A DNA stretch of 63,945 nucleotides, counting the filler, from Stramenopiles sp. TOSAG23-2 (taxonomy: Eukaryota), in assembly GCA_900128395.1 (NCBI GenBank). It is 4 parts of 4 records of this genome, joined end to end, with 100 filler letters (N's around TTAATTAATTAA, not from the genome) between each part and the next. Parts side by side here need not be neighbours in the genome. Positions count along the whole stretch, not along the records: positions 50,911 to 63,945 come from LT649820.1; 3 more parts are not named here. One strand, 5' to 3'. Below the pieces are notes generated by a model that did not search any database, had not been told where the DNA came from, and saw only the letters and a program-made list of their open reading frames with translations. The position numbers were made by a program, and so were the translations under genes. Shown piece by piece: positions 55,668-63,945 of this stretch. How positions within the stretch are numbered: the first letter of the stretch is position 1; each line of letters begins with the position of its first letter.

Positions 55668-56080
55668 AATGGGATCATACAAAATATGTTTTCGTTTTGT
55701 GTGGTTTTGATGTGATGGAATGATTGATTATACAGAAATGACTTTCATATTATGACTATATATATATATATATCTGATATCAGCAAGTGTTTTTTGTTGG
55801 TACATAGACACAATGGATGTTGTGTATTCGAGGAGAGAGAGCGAGAGATTCGAGAGAGAATAGTGTGTGTGTGTGTATTTATTTAAAAAATGATGCGTGA
55901 TAATAATATTATACAATATTTTTTCAACAATCTTTTCTGTCAGTACGACACTGTCATAAATGTTAGGTGGGCGTGCATTTACACACACTGGGTATATCTC
56001 CTCTCACCGGTTTAAATGACACTCTGAATGTGTAATCAGAGTCGCTAAAACTAATATTATTTTTTACAAAAACTCACTTT

Positions 56081-56656
56081 TTATTTATCATTTAATTTAT
56101 CATACGTATCTTTTCCATATGGCCATAATCCTAATGTTACAATTTCATCCCCTTCGACTGTATTTACATTGTCCGATAATGCATGGTATTTTAATAATAA
56201 ATTCACAACATCTTTATCCATTGCATATCTTTCAGATAAATTATTTATATCTGGTAATTGATAATTATTTTCAGTATAATATTTATGACTATATTCTAAC
56301 ATTTCTTGTACAATTTTTGTTTTCACTTTTTTATCTGATATGGTATCTAAGAGCTTCCCTTTCCCATCGTTTTTTTCTTTTATTACATGATCTTGTTTTG
56401 ATTGTATTGCACCGTGCAATGCTTCCATATTTTTCACTAATGTATCATTATATTCTTGATCTTTCATTGCTTGTATTTGATATGTTTCATCGTCTTTTAA
56501 TTCTTCTGTTGCACGTATTGTGTTCGATGTTGGTAAACGTTCAATTTGATCTTTTGTTAATGTTGTTGGTCTACGACTTGCTACTGCACGTTCAACATTG
56601 GCTAATGTTTGTTTAGTCGATGCTTTTAATGCTGATTTTGCTACTTTTTGTCCCAT
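56081..56656 (-). CDS. NDUFAF4-like mitochondrial complex I assembly factor (tentative)
   Basis: MG start, basic N-terminal helix with RRPTT, and C-terminal INNLSERYAMDKDVVNLLLKY resembling the NDUFAF4 end. Similarity judged by eye. Confidence 0.5.
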   Translation of the reverse strand: MGQKVAKSALKASTKQTLANVERAVASRRPTTLTKDQIERLPTSNTIRATEELKDDETYQIQAMKDQEYNDTLVKNMEALHGAIQSKQDHVIKEKNDGKGKLLDTISDKKVKTKIVQEMLEYSHKYYTENNYQLPDINNLSERYAMDKDVVNLLLKYHALSDNVNTVEGDEIVTLGLWPYGKDTYDKLNDK

Positions 56657-56933
56657 GATTGATTAGTAGTCATTTGGTTCTGTTACACTTTTTGTTCCTT
56701 TGGTTTCTATCTTTCTTGTCGATTTGGTATTTGTATTTTTTTATATATAAATCTATATATATTTTTATTTTGATGTTGTTGTTCGATGAAGAAGGTTTAT
56801 GATTTGTTGGGAATCAATCAATAATATAATATATTAATAACACTGTACAGTATGGGAAATTAAAATAAATATAATAGTATCATATACTGGCAACATATGC
56901 ACTGTAGAATTAAAGCTCATCCCCAATTATAAT

Positions 56934-57045
56934 ATGGTTAAAATCTAAAGTTATATAATAATTTTACTTCTCATGTTAAGTAATATGCTCAATACTCAAT
57001 CGCAAGAATAATATATGCTATCCTACTATAATAAAGCTCTCATGC
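56934..57045 (+). repeat. Dispersed 3'-intergenic repeat, copy C, followed by a 20-bp direct duplication (AAGCTCTCATGC..C.CC.C)
   Basis: Colinear with copies A (16813) and B (50662). Confidence 0.9.
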
Positions 57046-57247
57046 TCCGCCGCAAGCTCTCATGCGCCACCACCAATTATATATAACATTTTGCAATACA
57101 CTCTGTATATATATATACCATCGTTATATGTATATATAAGTTAATTCAGTATTTTCATATCCATTGCTGTACATATATTATTAAAAAAAATACAAATATC
57201 TCTTAGTAAATATATATACAATAAAAATTTATATACTTCGTATTTTT

Positions 57248-59140
57248 TTATAATAACACATCAAAATCGCTAATGAAAAATTCAGTATCATGTGTGCTAG
57301 TGCCTAATCCAGTTTCTGGCCCTATATTTAACGTGATAATTTCAATAGGTTCTTTAGCCATACATGGAAACCAAATTTGTTGCCACAATTTTCCGACATG
57401 TAACTCATGCATTTTTGCATCCCCAATAAAACCATCACTTGAATTTATTGGAAAACCATAAGCATTCCAAATTGGATGGGGGGATATTTTATAAATAGAT
57501 TGACCATTTGAATTTGACATTGGATCACAGCACGGCACATTGATACATTCTGAACAGCTAGTGCATGGGCAACAATATTGTTTGTATGCATTATATGGAA
57601 AATGCTGTTTATTTTCACGAGAGACTTTTGTTCCATTTCGTAAGATATGAAACAACGGGCATCCGTTGATTGAATCCTTGGAACAACTTCCACCACCAAT
57701 ACCATAATCTAACAAAACTTGTTGGTGCACATTTCTATTTGTATTACTATATGGCCTGCAATTTTTCCCAGTGATTTGGTCCCAGCAAGCCTCCATATTT
57801 AATAAATACCAAGATCCAATGCCACCACTCCCAACATTGTTTTTTGTAATATTAAGGAAAAAACGAACAATAAAATCTTGACCAACATGTACTTTTTCAG
57901 CAATCATTCCTCTTCCATCATATGCTTGATTTCCTTTCACGCCTTGGGATATATCTACACCGAAGTATGTGCAAATCCATGGGTACAATGTCGATACGCG
58001 TTGATATACGCGAACAATAGCTTTATTTAATGTAGGAGACCATTCCCAACTCCATATTCCAAGCGACTGATTTTTTGGAAAGTCTTCTTCCTTCACTTTT
58101 AAATTGGCATCTAATTCAAACGTCCAGTTGAAACTACCAAATAAATTGGATGAATTCGGATCTGTAAATTGAGTCATGACCTTTGCTTGATTCATTGGCA
58201 AATTATTAAATTTTAACATACTTGGTTTTGTCGTAGCAAAAATACTCCCTTTTGGTGGTTTGTTGTCGCTGTGCTCGTTTTTTGGACATCTTTTGGTCGA
58301 TGCATTAACTGCTGGTGGATATGGATAGGTTTTATTGAAATTTATGTAACAATATGGTAAGCAATCGTCTACCGTGCCTAAGGTTGATTGTGCATTGCCA
58401 TTTTGCGACATCAGTGTCCAAAAATAGGAAAATTCAAGAGCTGTCTCTTCACGATTCCTACGGATTTTTGTATATTTTTTTTTACACTTCTCTGCAAGAT
58501 AATGTTCCTTACTCACTGCTAGCCATTCATCATCAAGAAGATTTTTATTTTCAACAGCACCAGCATATTTCGTATTATCTTTCTCTGCTATAGTTTGTTT
58601 TCCATTGACAATACAATTGGCATAACGAGGGGATGGAAGCGTTTGCTTAGGGTGGTACAAACGAGTAGCAGAGCCATATAGCAGTGAAAGATACTTTGGG
58701 CCATTTTTATTCTTTTGTGGTACTGTATTATCTTTTAAATCACACATTACTAAAGTATTGTTTGTTGAGGACGCTTGTCGACGTGTATATGCTAGACACC
58801 AAGGGCGTTTTAAGCATTGGCTACAACACGTTTCATCTTTCGTTTCAGGTACTTTTTCAACAGAACCGAATCCAATGATTGTATTAGGCACAACAGGAGA
58901 ACACGTGTCTGTAGTAGCTGGCACTACAGACATATTACTATAACCAGCCTTTGAGCACAAGTTGTAAAAAAATAATTGCATTCGTGGACCATTCCCTTTT
59001 TTCTTCCACTCCATGCCAGGGTCTCCTATAATTGAATGGTACTGACGTTTTGTCAAGATGTTTGCACTAATTACAACCGTCACGAGACACAATAAAATGC
59101 ATATTGACTGAAACGTGCCATACACCATGGTTATTTTCAT
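57248..59140 (-). CDS. Secreted Cys-rich protein of a plant-known uncharacterised family (DUF7705-like), with an inserted PAN/apple domain
   Basis: Signal peptide; GDPGM, SPRYANC, FWTLMSQNGN, YPWI..Y, YDGRGM, YLLNMEACW, CPLFH, FPYNAY, CDPMSN, PHPIWNAYGFP, GFIGD. PAN-like CCSQCLKRPWCLAYT...CDLK. Confidence 0.75.
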   Translation of the reverse strand: MKITMVYGTFQSICILLCLVTVVISANILTKRQYHSIIGDPGMEWKKKGNGPRMQLFFYNLCSKAGYSNMSVVPATTDTCSPVVPNTIIGFGSVEKVPETKDETCCSQCLKRPWCLAYTRRQASSTNNTLVMCDLKDNTVPQKNKNGPKYLSLLYGSATRLYHPKQTLPSPRYANCIVNGKQTIAEKDNTKYAGAVENKNLLDDEWLAVSKEHYLAEKCKKKYTKIRRNREETALEFSYFWTLMSQNGNAQSTLGTVDDCLPYCYINFNKTYPYPPAVNASTKRCPKNEHSDNKPPKGSIFATTKPSMLKFNNLPMNQAKVMTQFTDPNSSNLFGSFNWTFELDANLKVKEEDFPKNQSLGIWSWEWSPTLNKAIVRVYQRVSTLYPWICTYFGVDISQGVKGNQAYDGRGMIAEKVHVGQDFIVRFFLNITKNNVGSGGIGSWYLLNMEACWDQITGKNCRPYSNTNRNVHQQVLLDYGIGGGSCSKDSINGCPLFHILRNGTKVSRENKQHFPYNAYKQYCCPCTSCSECINVPCCDPMSNSNGQSIYKISPHPIWNAYGFPINSSDGFIGDAKMHELHVGKLWQQIWFPCMAKEPIEIITLNIGPETGLGTSTHDTEFFISDFDVLL

Positions 59141-60321
59141 TTGAATATATATATATGTGATAGACAAAACGTTGCTGTGGCTGAGACTATTGAATTGTGA
59201 ATGAAGCCAATTCAACTTGTAGTTGTGGCCAAGGTGTATTGTTAGTGTATACTACTTTTATTTTATTATTTATTCTATTCTTCATTAATATTGTTTTTAC
59301 CCCCGGGTCGTTATTATATTAAACGTGGCGTGGTGTATTTTTCATATATATTATTTAAAAAAAAAAAAAAACAGAAAAGTATAAAAAACTAATTTTGCTT
59401 CTTCCCTGCACAATTTGATTGTATTGGATTTATATATTGTATTAGATTTATATTGGTGGTTGTTTTGCACTTGCATGCACTGTAATAAATATTAAATATT
59501 ATACTACTATTATACTACTATAGACGACTCTACACTCTTTCTGGCTTTCCTTTCCAGCAAGCTTAACCTGGCTGGCAAAGCCTTTTGGTTTGGGCAAGAT
59601 AAAGCCACAGCAAAAGGGCTCATATTTTGAATATCAGGCTGGCGGAAAAGAGGAAGAGAAGAAAAAAAAAGAAAGGGAGAAAAAAGAAGGAAAAGAAGGG
59701 AAAGAAAGAAGAGAATTATAAACTTGTTAGAAATGACTTTTAACAAACCAATATTCGGATATTTTAAATTATGATATCAAAGTAGATTAAATCAGATATT
59801 AGATATAGGATATATATTACTCTACGACTACTTGTTTCAGGCTTTGGTACAAACGCATATAGGTCAGCCTGATCGTATTGTAAGAAAATGTACTTAAATC
59901 GTCGAAATTAACCCTAATGATTATCCTATTTATGCAAAAATGGAAAATTCGGACATTTTAATTATTGGCATTTTAATTATAATATAACAAAAAAAAAAAA
60001 CTGGGGCACTACAGCACTGCCAGACTGGCAGACTGGACTGGGGGGGTGGCAAAAAAAAAAAATAATAATAATAATACAAAACTAATAATCTAATAATACA
60101 AAATACAACTACACTACAAGTTACAAGTCTTAGTTTTATAAAGTGTGCACAAAACAACAACAAACAACACTGATCGATAATAATAATACTAATAAATAAA
60201 TCCACTTTAATACATCCCTTCCATCTTCTTCTACAAAAAAATAACAACACACACACATCCAATTACCATCCATCATTGATAAAAATAATTACTACAAATA
60301 TTAACAATTATAATTTTAAAC

Positions 60322-62301
60322 ATGGAAAAAACCTCTATTACCACGATCAAAGACATCGAATTGAATAATAATAAAACCAATAAAAACGACGATGATAATA
60401 ATAAAACCAATAAAAAGGACGATGCACAAGATTTAAAAGTGAAAATTTCATTTTACACCCACGTTGGCTGGGATGGAACATTATTATTACTGAGTATGCT
60501 TATCATATCCGCTCTATTTGGATATATGACATACATATACACATCGTGGTTTGTTAAGTTCAATAGAGAATTTGTATGGGCATTTATAATAATGGGTTGT
60601 CTCTTTCTATTTTTAATTCTCTATTATTTAATACGTTGGAGAAAAATTGTTAAAAAGTTTATGGAAGAGGAAAATGTGGCAAGTAAAGAAAAGGAAGAAG
60701 AAGAACGCAAAGATGGTGTTGCTATTTCTTGCTATGATACAGCAAAAGCTAGATACAATGACTTTCAAATTTTTGGAAAATATTATTTATTGCAATTGTA
60801 TATGTTGGAGATTATTGAATCTATAAATCAAATTATTAACGTCATCACGGTCTATACTTGTTCTTTACCTGTAGAAATTACATCTATTCTATGCATTTTT
60901 TTAGGTATCGATTGTTTTCATACTACAAATTTTATGATCCAAGATAATAACCCAGGAAGAAGAGATCGACAAGTAATTATAGACACATGTATGGATTTTT
61001 TATGTGTCATTGTACCAATATTTATTATGTGGTTTGGATATCGTGTTCCTATTTCAGTCCAAGATATGTTACAAATTACATTTATTCAAACATTTACGAT
61101 GTTGATGAAATTAGATACAATTTTAGATGAAATTATTCGGTCTCGTACAGCAAAAGCAACTTTACAAGCACAAGAAAAAACTGCTGCAAAAGCTGATAGA
61201 CATCGAAAAAGTTTGTTTCGTGGTTTAAGTCATTATGAAATAGGAGAACAACAACAAGTAGCTATTCCAAAGGTTGTACATATGGGAGCTGGATTTTGTA
61301 AATTTATATTTGGTATTTTATTTATGTGTATAGGAATTGCCCATTTAGCAGTACAAAACGATATACGATGTGAACCGGAGTTATTATGGAAAAGTTGTGC
61401 GGTAAAAGTACCATTTTGTAATGATATTTTTAAACCAAAATGCAATTGTGTTATGTTAGACGTTTCACCGAGTAAAGACGAGCCAAGACGACACAATTGG
61501 ACAGAATTGCCGTCGCAAATGTATAAGATGACAGCATTGAAAGTTATGAAAGTTAATCATGGACCTTTGAAAAAACTCCCAGAAACATTTAAGACAAAAT
61601 TTAGTAAAGTAGTATTTTTAGATTTAAGCTACAATGCGTTGTCCAATATACCTAAATCCATAGGTGATATGAAAATAAATATATTAAAATTGGCGAATAA
61701 CAAATTGATTGAAATACCAGATTCAATTTGGGGCAATGCATATACAGTGCATTTGGAATTTGATAATAATAATATTTCAAGCATTTCTGATAGTGTACAA
61801 AAAGCTGTGGCATTGAATCGTTTGTATATCAGTAATAATAGTTTGGTCAATCTACAGGACGGTATTTTCGATACATTGGCGTTTTCTTCATTATTTTTGG
61901 ATGGTAATAATCTCATAACAATTCCTGAAAGTATATTCTCTATGAAAACGTTACGAAATTTTAAAATATCAAATAATTATATTTCAAATGTACCAAAGAC
62001 CATTATGAATTTAGCAAAGGTTCATGATATAGATTTGCGAAATAATACGATTACATCACTACCGATAGAGATAAAACATTTAAAGGATACATTGAAATTC
62101 ATTTACTTACACAATAATCCAATATGTACAAATGGTTGGGTAGAGGAAAACAAGGATATCCAAGAGATAATCCCTCTGAATTGCATTGCCCAATGTTCTA
62201 TCTATTGCCAGGATAGATACTTGGATTTAAAAGGTCAAGGTTGTGCTAGGGATTGCAATTCTAAAGCTTGTAAATATTATGGGGGTAAATGTGAAGTATA
62301 G
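60322..62301 (+). CDS. Multi-pass (~7 TM) membrane protein with C-terminal Cys-capped LRRs and an LNR/Notch-like repeat
   Basis: No signal peptide, about 7 hydrophobic segments, Cys cap CEPELLWKSCAVKVPFC..CNC, ~8 LRRs (LDLSYNALSNIP, IDLRNNTITSLP), LHNNPIC and CSIYC...CARDCNSKACKYYGGKC. Confidence 0.85.
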   Translation: MEKTSITTIKDIELNNNKTNKNDDDNNKTNKKDDAQDLKVKISFYTHVGWDGTLLLLSMLIISALFGYMTYIYTSWFVKFNREFVWAFIIMGCLFLFLILYYLIRWRKIVKKFMEEENVASKEKEEEERKDGVAISCYDTAKARYNDFQIFGKYYLLQLYMLEIIESINQIINVITVYTCSLPVEITSILCIFLGIDCFHTTNFMIQDNNPGRRDRQVIIDTCMDFLCVIVPIFIMWFGYRVPISVQDMLQITFIQTFTMLMKLDTILDEIIRSRTAKATLQAQEKTAAKADRHRKSLFRGLSHYEIGEQQQVAIPKVVHMGAGFCKFIFGILFMCIGIAHLAVQNDIRCEPELLWKSCAVKVPFCNDIFKPKCNCVMLDVSPSKDEPRRHNWTELPSQMYKMTALKVMKVNHGPLKKLPETFKTKFSKVVFLDLSYNALSNIPKSIGDMKINILKLANNKLIEIPDSIWGNAYTVHLEFDNNNISSISDSVQKAVALNRLYISNNSLVNLQDGIFDTLAFSSLFLDGNNLITIPESIFSMKTLRNFKISNNYISNVPKTIMNLAKVHDIDLRNNTITSLPIEIKHLKDTLKFIYLHNNPICTNGWVEENKDIQEIIPLNCIAQCSIYCQDRYLDLKGQGCARDCNSKACKYYGGKCEV

Positions 62302-62428
62302 TTATATTATATGGAGTGTTAAATCATAAAAATACGGTAACTTTTTACTTTTATTCAAAATCAATTAATTTTTAAAAACTTTCCACACATCTCATTTACG
62401 ACTTCGTACAAAGTACGCAAGAGAAATT

Positions 62429-63697
62429 CTAACTCTCCCCACCACTACCACCACTCTGCAATAATTTCCTTCTATTACCACCACTGCTAGATGTAAAGGT
62501 ATATTTAACACCACCAATCACGACATGTCTTCTTAGACAACTCTTGACTCGTTTTTTTTCCCAGTAACAATTTCTACTAAGAGAATTACACTCATCATGG
62601 TCTTTAATTTTAAGACATTTCATCTTATTTGATTTATCCTTTTCTCTATAAATTGTTAATCTTGAACCATTCTTTGATTCAAATATCATTTTTCCTTCAT
62701 TATTAGTGCCTACTAACATAATTGCCATGCATAGTTCTGGTTGATTTTTACAATTAAATGTAATTTTTAAATCTTTATTGAAAGACATTGATTTAAACAT
62801 GTTTTTCAATATGTCTTTTATTAGTTTATTATTCCCACAGGTTGTTAGATCATGCGAATCAATGTTATCTATATTATTTTTAAATTCATCCCATATTTTT
62901 ACGATATCGTCGTTGTTTTTACATGGTTTATAACACTTTGGTGCATCTTCACCATATTTTTCAACACAATCATTGTATTGTTTTTCTGTGACTTTACATG
63001 GACTTTTAACATTTACATCAGGATTTAAATTAGAATCTTTACTTTGATAATCTAAAAAATTCGTTTCTGCTGTATACGTACTAAATGTACCAGGAAGATT
63101 TTTTCCATACCAATTTTTAACTTCTTCGTGTTTGCAATTTCTATAGTGGTATACAGCATCTGTTGCGGTTTTTTCATTTTGTTTTTTGTACAAAGCTTTG
63201 CAAGCTCTACTGAATTGCGTTGCCATCTTTTTTGGTTTAAGACTCTCTTTTACCTCTTCAACACATTTAATTAGTTGCTTCTTTATTGATCTTTTCATTC
63301 CTTTTTTTGCTCTGAGTTTTTTGATCAATGCTTTGAAAAACTTGGAACGTTTAAATTTTGCTTCTTGTGTGTGTCTACTACGGTCGGATGTTCCCACAGA
63401 GCAATAGGTATTAAGCTTTGTATCAGATTGTTGTAGGATATTCCTGCAAGCTGTAACTGCTGTAGATAGAATACCCGCGGCTCCAATTTTCCTGTGTAAT
63501 TCATCCCAAAATCTCCCCATGCTATTACGATTAATTCTGTGCGTATCATGATCCATATGTTCTCCTCTAAGAATCTGTTTACGAACTTCTTCATTTTTTA
63601 TTTTCTTGCTTCTGCTTATCCCATCCAATTTATCGCCAAATGATACAACAAACAAAGCAGCAACTAATACACACAGAGTTAGAAATTTCAATTTCAT
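62429..63697 (-). CDS. Secreted basic, Cys-containing hypothetical protein ending in RRKLLQ-GlySer tail
   Basis: Signal peptide MKLKFLTLCVLVAALFVVSFG, scattered Cys, C-terminus GGNRRKLLQSGGSGGES. Confidence 0.8.
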   Translation of the reverse strand: MKLKFLTLCVLVAALFVVSFGDKLDGISRSKKIKNEEVRKQILRGEHMDHDTHRINRNSMGRFWDELHRKIGAAGILSTAVTACRNILQQSDTKLNTYCSVGTSDRSRHTQEAKFKRSKFFKALIKKLRAKKGMKRSIKKQLIKCVEEVKESLKPKKMATQFSRACKALYKKQNEKTATDAVYHYRNCKHEEVKNWYGKNLPGTFSTYTAETNFLDYQSKDSNLNPDVNVKSPCKVTEKQYNDCVEKYGEDAPKCYKPCKNNDDIVKIWDEFKNNIDNIDSHDLTTCGNNKLIKDILKNMFKSMSFNKDLKITFNCKNQPELCMAIMLVGTNNEGKMIFESKNGSRLTIYREKDKSNKMKCLKIKDHDECNSLSRNCYWEKKRVKSCLRRHVVIGGVKYTFTSSSGGNRRKLLQSGGSGGES

Positions 63698-63945
63698 CTT
63701 TTTTAATATATATATATGTATTGATATACAATTATCTGGTTTGGTTATTCTGCAGTAAGATGTTTTGGAAATAATTATGCTTTAATATAAAAATTACATA
63801 TATGTATATATTGTATTATGTCTTAGGTCTAAGGTCAGTAATATTTTAGTTTCTAGCCCCTCCTTGAAAAGTCTAGTACCTAGTTTGCCCCTCCTCCCTT
63901 TTTTTTTATGCTTAAATTTTTTTTATCTGTGCCAGTGGTGTGCTG

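Noticed and set aside
1-63945. Non-standard genetic code, giant-virus or prophage origin, tRNA/rRNA/snRNA genes
   Set aside because: Conserved genes read through in the standard code and end in TAA, TAG or TGA. Spliceosomal introns and core eukaryotic genes are present and no viral hallmark genes were seen. No RNA-gene signature was recognised by eye; tRNAscan and Infernal were not run.

Overview
AT-rich, intron-poor eukaryotic nuclear DNA read in the standard genetic code. The window is not one locus. It is four contigs (1-16885, 16986-33853, 33954-50810, 50911-end) joined by artificial 100-nt N44-TTAATTAATTAA-N44 spacers, so adjacency across the spacers means nothing. The gene content suggests a phagotrophic protist, probably a heterotrophic stramenopile (inference only). 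About 23 protein genes are supported. Housekeeping genes: YIPF3-like, an SLC12 cotransporter, sedolisin, ARPC4, FYVE-less ZFYVE26/spastizin, ARL2, EXO1, a PPR protein, a GT4 glycosyltransferase, an FkbM-type methyltransferase, CAF1, RPN5 and an NDUFAF4-like protein. Four GT-AG introns with (TA)CTAAC branch points can be placed exactly. I found no tRNA, rRNA, CRISPR array or transposase by eye. The best leads are: (i) a 1999-aa secreted polyprotein with trichocyst-matrix-like coiled coils fused to PSI, collagen and LamG modules, a candidate extrusome protein; (ii) a multi-pass (~7TM) LRR-LNR receptor with probable N-in/C-out topology; (iii) a modular dispersed repeat found only in 3' intergenic DNA on all four contigs; (iv) a TAGACGACTA motif recurring in divergent promoters; (v) a 195-bp MITE-like foldback; (vi) a homolog of a plant uncharacterised secreted family with an inserted PAN/apple domain. 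Protein family calls come from motif recognition by eye, not from database searches.
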